Part shown: in pieces, positions 39,888 through 51,600 of the stretch
Position numbering within the stretch: the first letter of the stretch is position 1
Layout of the letters: the number at the start of each line of letters is the position of its first letter
NCBI GenBank assembly: GCA_027483355.1
Contig: JAIXUW010000292.1
Location: forward strand, 138,308-202,307
Length of the DNA: 64,000 nucleotides
Source of the DNA: Alphaproteobacteria bacterium
GTDB lineage: Bacteria; Pseudomonadota; Alphaproteobacteria; Micavibrionales; UBA2020
Reading direction: 5' to 3'
Position numbers and translations under genes: made by a program
The notes under the pieces: generated by a model
Told to the model about the DNA's origin: nothing
The model's database searches: none
Seen by the model: only the letters and a program-made list of their open reading frames with translations

Positions 39888-39910
39888 GCACGCGCGCGCG
39901 CGCGCGCGCA
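39888..39910. repeat. alternating purine-pyrimidine tract, (CG)9 core at 39891-39908
   Basis: gcaCGCGCGCGCGCGCGCGCGCGca, 8 nt after the protease gene stop. Confidence 0.9.
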
Positions 39911-40067
39911 ATTAAATCAGGCATTGTAAAAGTACATGTATAATTTGAATATAATACGCAAACTTGTTTTTTGCGCATACCCCTTTGTTCCTGCACGAAG
40001 AAAAGACCCCATTTATTGCACCATAGCCGTGCGCATGTAATTCGGCGCGCTTTCAGCGCATTTGTTT

Positions 40068-41606
40068 ATGGTGAATCGAGTTAAAGTGGCTGAAATTCGA
40101 ATTCAAGATCTCAACACGCGCGCCGAAGGGAATGCCGCTGTTCAGATCAGCGATGCCGACAAGTTCATTCCCATCATCCCGTCCTTTGTCTTTATTGGAA
40201 TTTCTGCATTAATATGCATCGTGCTGGCGCTCTATTTGTTCTACAAAATACTGCAGCAGATTGACTTTGTCAAGCGCTCTTCGGACAAAATCCAGACGCT
40301 GTATTTGTCAGTTCCCGGCGCTTCCTCCTTGGCCTCGTCTCCTCAGTACTCGCTCAAATCTATAGAGTCGAATCAAAAGCTGAATCTGGCCAGTTCCAAA
40401 TTCCAACTCGACATTTACACGAAACCTGCCGTAGATCGACCGGATGTATGTTTCAAGATTCATTCATACTCTACGGCATCGTTTAAACTAGAAACCACTG
40501 TCAAAACAGTTGCGCTGGCAATCGTGCAGCGAGGTGTGCCGTCTATGGATCTAGAGTCTGCTCAATTCAAATCGGATCCTAATCCAGGAAACGACGGGAA
40601 CGCAAAGAGTCAACAATTGCTCGCTCAGTATTCGCCCGGTCCTCGCGAAATTGCCGTTTACGGTCTGTTAGCCTTGAGTTTTGCTTTACTTGGCTACCAG
40701 TACGGAATCATGTACAGTAGTAATGGGTATACGATCAAAAGTGACGAAAGCATATCATGGTACAGCCGTTACATTATGTTCGGAGTGATTACATCCACTG
40801 TCATGGCGGCGATTGCGAGTGTCACACTTGGAACGGTCTTCCATTACATCCCATTCACCGTGGCTCTCTTAAACGGGCTTACATACGCGTTATTGAGCGC
40901 GGCAGCTGCATCTATTCCGGGATCTCAAACCGTGTTCATAGTACCAGCCGCGGTCGCCTACGTGATTTTAGCGGCCGTCACCACGTTCTATTTTGTAGAT
41001 ATAGTATTGGAGAACTCTAAAATCCGAATGTGGCTTCCCGCAAACTCGCGCGTGGTCACGGGCATTAGTTTCGTGCTTCAAGTGGCGTACCTCGTTCTGG
41101 CTTTTGTGGGCTCGGACATTTACAAATCCCTGACCCCGACAGCCACATATTGGGTGTTGCCGGCATTGGAAACGGCTCTTTTAGTGTATTACGGCGCTGT
41201 TCTCATTGCTGTCGTCGAGTATTTGGAAACCGAACTGGCAAACGCCGTCTTGCGGCTCTGCGGCGTGCCGGAATCTATCACTATTGCCGGATGTGACACT
41301 AAAATGTCAAAACAAACTTCCGATAGCTTGGGAACGCCATCAAAATCGCCTGTGGCGCTATTGTTTTCAGGTCGACGGGATTTGCAAGCCGCAAAGGATT
41401 CTGTCGCGCAAATGACAAATTCCTTGCAACCTAAAACAGATTTACCACAGCCTAATCCGATTAGCATGCGCGCTAGGAATACTCAGAAGCTGCCAGAGCG
41501 CGATAACTCGCCTCCAGCTCCCGCAGTGAGTTCTACAGACGCCAAATCTATGCAATCGGCTATTGAAAGAATAAGGCTACGCACTGCTCAAAGTGCGAAT
41601 GGTTAA
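40068..41606 (+). CDS. multi-pass membrane protein, about 7 TM (512 aa)
   Basis: First ATG of the track ORF. One N-terminal TM (FVFIGISALICIVLALYLFY), then six clustered TMs at aa ~195-400, then a hydrophilic tail. Confidence 0.8.
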   Translation: MVNRVKVAEIRIQDLNTRAEGNAAVQISDADKFIPIIPSFVFIGISALICIVLALYLFYKILQQIDFVKRSSDKIQTLYLSVPGASSLASSPQYSLKSIESNQKLNLASSKFQLDIYTKPAVDRPDVCFKIHSYSTASFKLETTVKTVALAIVQRGVPSMDLESAQFKSDPNPGNDGNAKSQQLLAQYSPGPREIAVYGLLALSFALLGYQYGIMYSSNGYTIKSDESISWYSRYIMFGVITSTVMAAIASVTLGTVFHYIPFTVALLNGLTYALLSAAAASIPGSQTVFIVPAAVAYVILAAVTTFYFVDIVLENSKIRMWLPANSRVVTGISFVLQVAYLVLAFVGSDIYKSLTPTATYWVLPALETALLVYYGAVLIAVVEYLETELANAVLRLCGVPESITIAGCDTKMSKQTSDSLGTPSKSPVALLFSGRRDLQAAKDSVAQMTNSLQPKTDLPQPNPISMRARNTQKLPERDNSPPAPAVSSTDAKSMQSAIERIRLRTAQSANG

Positions 41607-41718
41607 ATGCAGCCGCGTTAGCGCGTGCAATGTAAAATGTAGTTAACCCGGCATGTATGATTCGGCGGATAAAACGAAATTGATTACAATTGTTTATATA
41701 ACACGTGTGACCTAATAT

Positions 41719-41764
41719 GAATTTGTCTTGAAAGAAAAACGATAGCGGCACCTGCAACAGCCGT
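41719..41764. repeat. third copy of the 19.6-kb palindrome arm
   Basis: GAATTTGTCTTGAAAGAAAAACGATAGCGGCACCTGCAACAGCCG is about 85% identical by eye to the arm sequence at 19564-19619 and 19697-19753. Confidence 0.8.
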
Positions 41765-41867
41765 GAAAAAAGTGAGCCGGTACCCTCCGCAGGTTTTGTA
41801 GTTTTCATAGACAGTTGGGGGCGAACACTCAGAGTCAGTTTGCTTGGCTATTGTACATGCCGTTATC

Positions 41868-42338
41868 ATGAATGTCGCCGGACAAATTTTCGTTGAGCAG
41901 TACAGACTTAGTTTCAACAGTTTTGAAATATTATGCATTCGGCAGATCAATACGGCCTTTGCAGGAGTCGTTTCGCCGTCTTTCTTGAGCTGCAGCGTAT
42001 CTTATGATCGCTACGCTATTGTAAAATACGCCATTCCATGTAGAAATTATGCTGCCACGAGTATAGCGCTGAATGTTGCATCTGACCTGTGCGCGAAGCT
42101 TTACGATGAAACCGGTCTGGAGTTCTATTCAACAACGCGCCGCGATTTGGTGCAGACAAATGCAGGGGAATCTATAATCGAATGTACACATGTTCTAATA
42201 TCTAAACAGCGCCGCCAATTATCTGTTGGTCCAGGGTTGTTTTTGTTAGCTGGCGCGGTCTGCATAGCGTGCTTTTTGGCCGGTATGATAGTGCAAGAGA
42301 TTCAAAAAGATTGTACAAAATTGTGTATTAAACCATAG
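41868..42338 (+). CDS. possible tail-anchored protein (156 aa)
   Basis: First ATG of a track ORF that begins at TTG. C-terminal TM GLFLLAGAVCIACFLAGMIV. No A-rich leader. Competing antisense ORFs exist. Confidence 0.4.
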   Translation: MNVAGQIFVEQYRLSFNSFEILCIRQINTAFAGVVSPSFLSCSVSYDRYAIVKYAIPCRNYAATSIALNVASDLCAKLYDETGLEFYSTTRRDLVQTNAGESIIECTHVLISKQRRQLSVGPGLFLLAGAVCIACFLAGMIVQEIQKDCTKLCIKP

Positions 42339-42349
42339 CGGCCCAAAAA

Positions 42350-43720
42350 ATGAGCTTATTCCGGCTTTTATACGCCATTTACTCTGGCTCCAAGTATGCC
42401 ATAGCTCGAGAGGACAGTAAATTATGCGGTGGAAACAACACAATGCATAGTGTGTCCATGTTGACTTATTTTGTCCGGGAAAACATGCCGGGCCTTTATT
42501 TGCTTTCGGCGCCTGATTTTACGGCTCCAAGGGATTTAGGAGAGCCACTGCAATTTGATCAAACATTCAAAATGTTTATTGAATACATGAAAGGCGCAAA
42601 AGTGATTTGTCTGGACGCCATGGGCGAGTTGGAGGAATCGGACGATTTGGTCTCGGACTCGACCACCGCCGCTGGAGGAAGTAATTTGTTGCAAGCTCCG
42701 ACTAGGCTCGTGTTCGCAGACAATGAACTTTGGCGCGAATTTTGCTCTTCAAAACTCAAAATATCTCAAAGTGTACTTTTGAATATCGACGTACGCGCCA
42801 CGTGCTGGCGTGTGCTATTCGGAGTCGTAGACGGGAACTACCGCCACTGGCCCGAAACTTACGCCAACCACGAAAAGTCTTTCAAATTGTCTCTGCTCCA
42901 AGTCGTAAAGGCCAAAAACATAAAAGACTTAAAATTCGATGCGGCGACCATACGAAAGGATGTGCCTCGAGCTCAGTTGACAGACTCGACTCACGAGCTG
43001 ATGCTCAAATTGGCACTCGGAACCGTCGTGGCCAAGGATTCAACGGTCGGATATGCACAAAGCATGTCTCATATCGGTGCGGTGCTCGTACGCGTGTTTT
43101 ATCCAATTACGTCGTCACCGAACAAATTTTCCGAACAATGCCCGCAAATTAGCGACTGGTTTGCCGACGAGAAACACGCCGACGTTCAGTTCAGATGGCG
43201 CTTACTCGACGTGATTATTGGTATTCAAAAAATATCCGATCAAGTCCATCAGCTTCTCGTGAATATTGACAAGAACGGCGGGCTCAAGCAAGACGCTGGG
43301 CCCATGGCAGTCTACTGCAAGCAGATATTCAGCAAAGTGGCACTTTTGGACCCGGATTTACATTCTCATATTGCCGTGACATGCGAAGCGTATGGCACAA
43401 TGGTGTCCGCGCTATTGTTCGTTTCTTGGGTCGATTCGCTATTTGCGCATAAAATGCCATTTGAAGACGTCGTTCAAGTGTGGGATTTTCTATTCGCCGG
43501 TTTTGCGCACAAATTCTCGTTCATGAAACGATTGGAAATGTTCTGCGCTACTCTCTGTCACCTTCAGCGAGTCAGAATTATGAATTTGAAAGAGGCAAAT
43601 GACATTATCGCATGCATGTCGACGCTGCCCGAGCAAGATTACAAGGGTATGAGCGTACCGATACCTAAAGTGATCAAAGAGACGTTTGCGAATTTGACAA
43701 AACACTGCAAGGAGCTCTGA
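42350..43720 (+). CDS. TBC (Rab-GAP) domain protein (456 aa)
   Basis: All three TBC signature motifs are present in order and with normal spacing: RATCW (RxxxW), IRKDVPR (IxxDxxR arginine finger), GYAQSMSHI (YxQ glutamine finger). Confidence 0.75.
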   Translation: MSLFRLLYAIYSGSKYAIAREDSKLCGGNNTMHSVSMLTYFVRENMPGLYLLSAPDFTAPRDLGEPLQFDQTFKMFIEYMKGAKVICLDAMGELEESDDLVSDSTTAAGGSNLLQAPTRLVFADNELWREFCSSKLKISQSVLLNIDVRATCWRVLFGVVDGNYRHWPETYANHEKSFKLSLLQVVKAKNIKDLKFDAATIRKDVPRAQLTDSTHELMLKLALGTVVAKDSTVGYAQSMSHIGAVLVRVFYPITSSPNKFSEQCPQISDWFADEKHADVQFRWRLLDVIIGIQKISDQVHQLLVNIDKNGGLKQDAGPMAVYCKQIFSKVALLDPDLHSHIAVTCEAYGTMVSALLFVSWVDSLFAHKMPFEDVVQVWDFLFAGFAHKFSFMKRLEMFCATLCHLQRVRIMNLKEANDIIACMSTLPEQDYKGMSVPIPKVIKETFANLTKHCKEL

Positions 43721-43782
43721 CGCCCATTTAGCGCTGAAATGTATTATAATGTATAAAACCCCACTTTATTCAGAAACCATAT

Positions 43783-45741
43783 TTACACTGAATCAGATTT
43801 GCTTACGAGCCTGCGCCCGTGCTCGTACTCGTACAAAACTGACTGGACGTCCAAATAGAACGCCTGGCACTGCCCGAGCACGCTTCTCTTCAAAAAAATG
43901 TCGCGGAACTGAGGCGCGAGGCCGGCATTGTAGTACTTTGCAGTCGTCGGGTCCAGCAAGAACGAGTCCCGTTCTTCGGAAGCGGTTTCATCGAGCGCCT
44001 TTTTTCCCGCCGCGAGTTTGAGTTCATCAACGGTTTCTCGTTTAGGCTTGATCAGAAGCAAAAACTGTCCAGCAGCTTGCTTTAGTAATAGGACGGGCAG
44101 TTGTCGAATATTAGCCACTGCGTTGACAGCGTTGGAAGCTTTCTTTTCCAGAACAGTTCGGAGCATGTTCACCGCGCCCACATCACGAATAATCTCGTCT
44201 CTCAAAGAAGAAATCGCAGCCTGTGTCAGCTGACGCACAATAGGGTCCGGAATGGACGTCGAGGTGACGACTTGATTGATGAATTTATAGTCGTATTCAA
44301 GCCAGTTCAAAACCCGCTGCCACCTGCGTTCGAATTCTTCTGTAGAAGAGCAAAACGATAAATCAAGCTTGGGGCTGCGATTCTTTGCAATGTCGTAGTC
44401 GATCACCTTTTTGGCTTCTTGCAGCGCGGTTTTGCACGCCTGCAAAGTATCCATGAAATGTTTGAGGCATCTCTCTTCGAGCGGGACTTGTCTAGTGTTG
44501 TTGTCATCAGGGGCTGCAGTGACCGTGTTAGCTTCCACGGCCACAGTTTTCTCGCTCGGAGACGAGTCGGTGTCAAACTTGGCGACTTTGACCGTCTTTT
44601 CAAATGTCACCGGGCTCTCCTTACGTTTTGCAGGCTTAGCCCGCTCGCTTGACGTTTCCGATTGAAGCACAGAAGCCTTCATTGCACTTTTAATCTGAGC
44701 ACCTATCGTAGATTGTTTGACGTCAACGGGTTGCATGGGTTCCGCATCGACCTTTACACTGTTTCCCGGCAAATGTTTGTACACTCCAAATGTAGCGTAG
44801 CCATCAGAGCTCTCGTTGAATAATGTGCGTAGATAAGCAAAATTGTCGTCCTCGGCAATCTTGTCGTCTCCTTCGCCCGATGTAATGGAAGAGCAGACGT
44901 CGAAGAAGAGCACACCAATGTTGTTGAATTTCAAATAGGTCTGCTTGGCGACTTCCGCACCGTACGAAATTGTACGGCTTGCATTCAAATGCTCTTCGTA
45001 CGCCATAGATCCTCTGAGAAGGTACATGTCGAACGATGTCGCCGGGATCGTGTTGGGAATCTTTGGAAGTTGATTCACTAAGTCGGTCTCGGCTTTTGAA
45101 AACGGAATCAAGTCCAAATTCGGATAGGCAAAAGTAGACTTGACCTTTGCCGGCGCGGAGCGAGTGTAGCTTTTCACGGCGTACATAATGGCCAGGAACA
45201 CAGATCCGATTTTGGATTTGTCGCCTTCATCAAAAAACTTTTCTCCTGTATCATTGTTGATCGCGTAGTGAGCGAAATAAACGGGGCTGATGATAGACGC
45301 GATTGTTTCGACCGCAGGGTCGTTGGCGTCAGCGCCAAAAATCCGCTTCCATGATTCTAGTGTCCTTTTAGTCCCGGGACACCATAAAAACGGAGTGGGT
45401 TGCTCTGAAAAAGTTGCAAAGAGCGAGAGAAGATATTTGCAGTTTTCGCGCATCGCGGTGCGCACGCATTCCAAAAACAAGGGTTTCAAACCGTCTTTTA
45501 CAGAACTATACTCTTGATACCCTGTTCCATTGCAAAAATTCGCCATGGCGGAACGGGCGGGATGCGACTCTGTCGGCGCAATCTGCAATGTGCACATGGA
45601 CACAATGGAATCAATCACAACATCGGGTGTGAATCCGATAAGCTTGTTTGATATCACCTCTTCCGCGAGCTCTACATCGTCCGATCCTACGAGCACAGCG
45701 TTGTGCACATTTAGGGTTTCAAGGTTAATCTCCTCGCTCAT
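43783..45741 (-). CDS. hypothetical protein (652 aa)
   Basis: Long ATG ORF (MSEEINLETLNVHNAV...). AATAAA lies in its 3' flank. No domain recognised. Confidence 0.85.
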   Translation of the reverse strand: MSEEINLETLNVHNAVLVGSDDVELAEEVISNKLIGFTPDVVIDSIVSMCTLQIAPTESHPARSAMANFCNGTGYQEYSSVKDGLKPLFLECVRTAMRENCKYLLSLFATFSEQPTPFLWCPGTKRTLESWKRIFGADANDPAVETIASIISPVYFAHYAINNDTGEKFFDEGDKSKIGSVFLAIMYAVKSYTRSAPAKVKSTFAYPNLDLIPFSKAETDLVNQLPKIPNTIPATSFDMYLLRGSMAYEEHLNASRTISYGAEVAKQTYLKFNNIGVLFFDVCSSITSGEGDDKIAEDDNFAYLRTLFNESSDGYATFGVYKHLPGNSVKVDAEPMQPVDVKQSTIGAQIKSAMKASVLQSETSSERAKPAKRKESPVTFEKTVKVAKFDTDSSPSEKTVAVEANTVTAAPDDNNTRQVPLEERCLKHFMDTLQACKTALQEAKKVIDYDIAKNRSPKLDLSFCSSTEEFERRWQRVLNWLEYDYKFINQVVTSTSIPDPIVRQLTQAAISSLRDEIIRDVGAVNMLRTVLEKKASNAVNAVANIRQLPVLLLKQAAGQFLLLIKPKRETVDELKLAAGKKALDETASEERDSFLLDPTTAKYYNAGLAPQFRDIFLKRSVLGQCQAFYLDVQSVLYEYEHGRRLVSKSDSV

Positions 45742-45985
45742 GATTGGCGTTTTTCGGAACCAACCACGAGTATGGTATTAGGGGCACGATAACAAAGTTT
45801 GCATGGGAACAGAAAAATTGCACTGTTCCGCGGGCCAAGTGAAGGGGGTGTATGCTCCTGTGCCGGATCTATATTTTTTCACCAAATCAAGTATTCTTGT
45901 TTGGAAACACAAATCAACACCTAGAGTATACTACATTGTAAAATCACAAATCACGTGCTTGGATTAGGCACGCACTCGAAAAAAA

Positions 45986-48649
45986 ATGGAGAACCGGCTG
46001 CGTGCCAACGCTCCCGCGCTCTCTCCGCAAGAAATTATCGCGCAAACGGTTGCCGTAGCTACATCTAGAGTTGCTAGTGCACCAAGTCCCCAGGAGTTAA
46101 ACAATGCCTACGCTAATACGATCATGGAAATTGCCAATAACGGTCCTATTGCCGTTGCTTCAATGACAAGTGCACTTTCAGATGCCGATAGATTGAAATT
46201 AAGAGCTATGATATCAGGTCCCGTAGAAGGCTCGCCTGAATCTGTAGTGGAATCGGCAAAGAAGTTGAAAGAGCCCACCGCTACTATTCCGCTGGCATTT
46301 TTTTCGGGCGTCCGCGATAACGCCGCCGCGTTGCACACAAGTAGCATGTCCACATCTATTACTACTCATCATACATTGCAAAATGAAGCTCTTACATTAT
46401 GCGGTGCGCGACAAGACGCGAGCGCGGCGGCTGCACCCGGCGCGAAAAAGGTGAATAATGCAAGCAGAACTGCTCTTGCGTGGAGATATGGATCTGGAGG
46501 TCCAGCCGCTGAAAGAATTCATAAAAAGGCCATGACGGCGACAGATAAGAAATTAGTGCAGGGAACGACAACGGGCGCCGGAGCCGCCGTACCCGAATAT
46601 GAGATTCAGCCTCCTGCCGAAAAGCAAAGAAAAATGTCCGAGTTGAATCCCATGAAGATTTATACAACTGCGGTTCAGAAACTGAAGGACAACGAGCGGT
46701 TAGGATTCGCCGATATCACATCGACTCTTCCATCAGTGTCGTCCAAGCAATCTCAATTGGTGAGTCCTCACGACCCGCTCACGGGAATATCACACAACGT
46801 GGTTCGCCTGGATAGCGATCTTTTGAACTCCATGGTCACCAATACGGCTACTGTGAACACGACAAACAAGTTTTTGTCTCAGGCCATTGAAGACGCTGGC
46901 TACGCTCATGTGGAGCATATAGCTATGGATGTGGATGCCGCGGATAAGACCGCCGAGGACGCTCGAGCCGTCGCTACGCTTCCAAAGCAGCAAAAGTTTT
47001 CCCGAAAGCGCAAGGGAATGACTTCGATCGAGGACGACGACGTACCTATGTATTACCCGGGTATGGAGATTACTGGAACGACCAAAGTGACTGTGGATCC
47101 TACTATTTTGGAGAATCCCGATATCGCGGAGCGGAACAAAAAGGCGATTGCGAGAAAGGATTTGGTTCAAATGCAAAACGAAGACAGTGACGTACTGACA
47201 GCGCCATTTCGAAATTCCAGCGGTCCCGCCGGTCTGGTGCCCTACGTTCTTTCGCGTACTAATCTGGATACTGTCCGAACGGCCGTGTCCGCTATTGCCG
47301 ACGTGTTGAGCGTGCTCTTTTCGGGACATGTGGCGAACAACTACGTGGACGACGCCACGATCAAGCTCACTGGAATTTCCATTCAGGACGCTAAGTATTG
47401 TGCCGAGAAAAGGCATCCCGAGATCCCACTCGTTCAATTTCCTACTATTATGCGCAAACGAATGAGGAATCTGTTCGAAAACGACAATTTGTTCAAGGCG
47501 CTTGGACTCGAAAAGGACATTGAGACACGCCTTCGTGCTCAAGGGATCGATGGTCATGTCGGATACAATGTAGAGTCAGTGGACTATATTATGAGGGACA
47601 TTGGAATGAAATCCAATCACGCTGAGTCCGACAACATGCAAAGACTGGCCGCTGTTGCTCAGAGAGGAGCCATATTCGCCGCATTTGAAGAACAGCAAAA
47701 GAGACTTGCGAGCAAAGGTTATGATCACTATGGCAGTAAGAAAAAATGGCACGTGTCCGAGCAATTGGCGGCTGCCAAGGCGGAATCGGCTACCAAGTAC
47801 CCTGACATGGAAGTCGTGACAATGGCTCACATTACCAAGTATTGTATTGAGCATACGTTGGAGGATCTGAAAAGAACGGGAAAACGTTTGTGCAAGAACG
47901 GAGCGTCGTGTTGGTGTAAGCAAATCGCAAACACTCGCTATCCTCGAATGTTCAACGGGCCTCCGGCATTCCCCAAGGCAGCCGATGTCGACAAATCCAT
48001 TGCGGGGAACATACCTATGAATTTCATCACCAAGATATCTATGGATCAACACGTTTATTTCGGCACAGCGGCGCAGTGGTTCTCGAGACCCCAGCTCATG
48101 GCCAATCTCAATGCAGTTGCCGAATCCAATGCGCAGACTCGAGCCAACTTGGGGTTTGTCGGAGTAGAGTTCCTAACCCCAAAACAAGAACAGGAACTCG
48201 CTGAATGGTGGGCCCAGTTCAAAGATGACGAGATTTTCGGAATAAGCATAGATCCACGTCGCAATTTCAACCAGCTCTGCTACTTGTGCGAAATGTTCAG
48301 AGTCACATCGGAGCATGTCATGCATGTCAATCAGCGTGTTCCCGACGAAATGCAAAACGTGGACCCTAGAACACGAGACTACTTGCCGCTCAACACATTC
48401 CAAGTGCTCCATTCGATCCCTGGAGAGTACGACAAGGATGCCTTGATCGAGACGTCGATCGGCGCAGGCGTTTCGGGCAGCACTCGACTTCCATCAGGTC
48501 GAAGTCTCGTCGTGGGCCCCTTCCCCGAATTCAGATTGAGTAATTTCGAGCTCTCGGTCATATCCATTCCAAACGAGGACGGCGTTGAAACCACGCGTCG
48601 CATCGTCAAGCAACCCGGAATGGATTTTCGATTGTCCTCAGTAATGTAA
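45986..48649 (+). CDS. hypothetical protein (887 aa)
   Basis: gaaaaaaaATG start. Long ORF. No domain recognised. Confidence 0.85.
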   Translation: MENRLRANAPALSPQEIIAQTVAVATSRVASAPSPQELNNAYANTIMEIANNGPIAVASMTSALSDADRLKLRAMISGPVEGSPESVVESAKKLKEPTATIPLAFFSGVRDNAAALHTSSMSTSITTHHTLQNEALTLCGARQDASAAAAPGAKKVNNASRTALAWRYGSGGPAAERIHKKAMTATDKKLVQGTTTGAGAAVPEYEIQPPAEKQRKMSELNPMKIYTTAVQKLKDNERLGFADITSTLPSVSSKQSQLVSPHDPLTGISHNVVRLDSDLLNSMVTNTATVNTTNKFLSQAIEDAGYAHVEHIAMDVDAADKTAEDARAVATLPKQQKFSRKRKGMTSIEDDDVPMYYPGMEITGTTKVTVDPTILENPDIAERNKKAIARKDLVQMQNEDSDVLTAPFRNSSGPAGLVPYVLSRTNLDTVRTAVSAIADVLSVLFSGHVANNYVDDATIKLTGISIQDAKYCAEKRHPEIPLVQFPTIMRKRMRNLFENDNLFKALGLEKDIETRLRAQGIDGHVGYNVESVDYIMRDIGMKSNHAESDNMQRLAAVAQRGAIFAAFEEQQKRLASKGYDHYGSKKKWHVSEQLAAAKAESATKYPDMEVVTMAHITKYCIEHTLEDLKRTGKRLCKNGASCWCKQIANTRYPRMFNGPPAFPKAADVDKSIAGNIPMNFITKISMDQHVYFGTAAQWFSRPQLMANLNAVAESNAQTRANLGFVGVEFLTPKQEQELAEWWAQFKDDEIFGISIDPRRNFNQLCYLCEMFRVTSEHVMHVNQRVPDEMQNVDPRTRDYLPLNTFQVLHSIPGEYDKDALIETSIGAGVSGSTRLPSGRSLVVGPFPEFRLSNFELSVISIPNEDGVETTRRIVKQPGMDFRLSSVM

Positions 48650-48663
48650 ACACTTCATTTGGA

Positions 48664-51600
48664 ATGCGAAAGCTTTCCCTCTTTCATCATCCTAAACGAT
48701 CCAACAACTCGGCTGCGTTTGAGACGCGTGTCGGATCTCACTCGTGGCGGGCGCTGGCCATGAATGATGTGAAAGAAGGATACAAAGCCTTTCCGCTCCA
48801 CGATGCAAAGGCGCGATTGGCCAGACAGCAGGGTTGGTACGTCTGGTTGGCTCGCGCTCAAGTGTCCGGGCAAATCTCCACGCCTGATACGTGGATTGAT
48901 AAAACACGATATGTGTTAAGCGACATTGTCTGCAATTTGAACGATATTTCCGATACTACCTTCCGGGATCCTATTCCCACATCAATCACGGGTACGCTCA
49001 TGCCCTGGGATGCGCTAGCGACAGCGTGTCGCGCGTACATGATCGACGAAGAACAATTTGAGAATATACTACGTTTGGAAGAGTACAAGCCACTTGGATC
49101 CGTGATCGGAGTTGGCGAAACGGAATTGCAGCTGTCGGAGAGTGCAAACGCACCGCCCCTGGCATTACTGAGGAAATTTTTCATGCAAAAGCATGCAATA
49201 CCTCTTATCAATTACATAGAAAAAACGTCTATTGTGTCTCCAAGTCAAAGCAAGACTAAATACGCCTCGGCGCATTTGGACTTTGACAAGATTGAAGATG
49301 ACATGAGACAAAACTACCCTTATCCTTATATGGACCCGGGATCATGGAACATTAATCATTTCAAAGTTCCTACCTCTGTGTTCGAGCAAGAACCGTCCAT
49401 TGACGATCTTGTCATTTGGGAATCCGTTCTATGCCCTGTCATGTCCACATACAGATACTTGGAGAGTCTAGTACACAGCGTGAATCAGTGGCCGTCCTAT
49501 AGATACATTGGTCTTGAATACAACGCCGAGAATGACTCGTGGAAGGCTCCAGTCAACTACTCAAGGCAAAAGAAACTGGCCCCGATATCCCTATTGCAAT
49601 TGCAATATCAGTTTACGATTCCCGTGCCTCGATCGCTGCATGATTTACAGGGCGTAGACGAAATAGCTCTGTGCGACTTGTGGGTCAATGGATTTTCATG
49701 GATGGCAACTGTTCTATGGAGACTCTATCATTTGCACAGGTTGAAAGCTGTTGCCGTGAGACCCGACGACCGATGTCTGCTCCATGCCACTCAACTCGTG
49801 ATCGATTCTCATATCCCGCTCTACGCGTACAATGTGAAACACGGAACGTTTCATGACGCTTTCCATTTACAAAAGGTGCCCTTTTCGACATTTGACGGCC
49901 CCACGCCCAAATCCAAGCATCCGTTGGCACCTGCGGCTCTCAACGAGTACGGTGGAATTTACGGCAAGCCTAAGCGACACGAACATGTCAAATCGACTCA
50001 ATATCCACGAGTTTTCATGTTGTACCCAGGAATGACGCGCTGGCTAGTCACTGTCGAAGAATCGCCGTCTCTCATCCCGGCATTGAACATGAGCGGGTTC
50101 TTCTTCCGGTACTCGAGCGAGCATACGGCTATTCAAAACTGGGACGATCCTAAAACGGCATTTATTACTCTCATGGTCTCCAAAATGAGCCAATTCCGAA
50201 GTCGCTTGCGAGCCGACGATACTACGGCCAAGCATTGTTTTACAAAGCATCCTATTATGGCATCTATCTTGCTCAATTACAAACATATATTCGAACTGGG
50301 AAACACGCACGGAGAAAGCAAGAGGCCCGCGTTCCAAGATCGGATCAGACTCTGGTTGACTTACAAGGACCCCGAGACCGCTCCTAGAAGCATCGAATGG
50401 GTCGTCGATCATTGTTTTAGAGATTTCAGATACGCTACTCGATTTGCAATGCACGAAATGATGTGCTACTACATCAATCTGATTCCTGCGTTCAAGCAAT
50501 GCATGCTGTCTCATCCTCATCAGGGAGTCATGTACAAAGAGTGGATGACAACGGTCAAAAACGCAGCTCAGTTTCACAGGAATCGATTGGAAACGATTCC
50601 GCTTCTACCGGGAGCGCCCAAGTCGACGGTTATTCTCTACAATGATATTTTACTGTGCAGACTCTACAATGCGACGAACAAGCACTTGAATTTTTGCTGC
50701 CACTACGGCACGTTTAGCGATGTTCTCGAAACGTTTTTTCCCAAAGAGTATAGTTCTCTATTGTCACGCGTGGAAGTCACACTAAGAGCGTTTAGCAAAG
50801 ACCACGCCCCGGATACGGAATTGAAGAATCAGATCGAGGCCAAGTGCAATCAACTCAAGCAACTGGCCGAGCTTTCCAGGTCGCGTCACACAAGATTTGA
50901 CTACGATGACGATCTATTTGATTCAGAAAGCGGATTTAACGCGCTTGGAAACGCTGGCAATGGTTCAAATGGAAACGGCGGTAACGACGAAGATGACGAG
51001 GATGCCGCCCAAAAGGAGCACGCCGTGTTTGAACAGTTTCACGACGACACATTGTACACGAACGAAGGTGATATCGATTTAGATGTGCTGGCAGACATGC
51101 TCTTGACGTCTAATGAAGCTGGGAAATCCGGCCAGCCTGCTACTGCGGCGGCAGATTCGACGACTCCAAACCAGGCCGAGTCTTCAAGTTCATCAAAATC
51201 CGAGCAGACTGGGCCCGAACTGTATTGCTACTCCAAAGCCGAAATGCGTGCCATTCACCGCATTCTGTCAGACAACATTCTTCACATTCCAATTTTGGAT
51301 GATCCTGGAAACGAACATATATCCGAAATGTTCAATGCCATGGTGTGGACCACGCAGCGCTATCACGGAGCACGTCAGACTCTGCCACTCAAGCTCTTAC
51401 TCTTGTTCGGAATGAGTTTCCAAATGCTCATTCGCTTGTACATGATCTTTATCTACTATGAACAGGCTTTGCCGTACCACAGAATCAGTGGCATGATCAA
51501 GAGATTGATTCAAGACTACCCACAGGACTGCGCTCTCTTGTGGCGATATCTCCAGTTGCTCAAAATGTTCTCCACAGAGCAAGCCATTCTTTTGCCGGCT

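Noticed and set aside
40068-41606. The 7-TM protein as a viral rhodopsin or GPCR
   Set aside because: There is no Lys in the last TM helix (YWVLPALETALLVYYGAVLIAVVEYL) for a retinal Schiff base, and no DRY- or NPxxY-like motifs. I left it as a generic multi-pass membrane protein.
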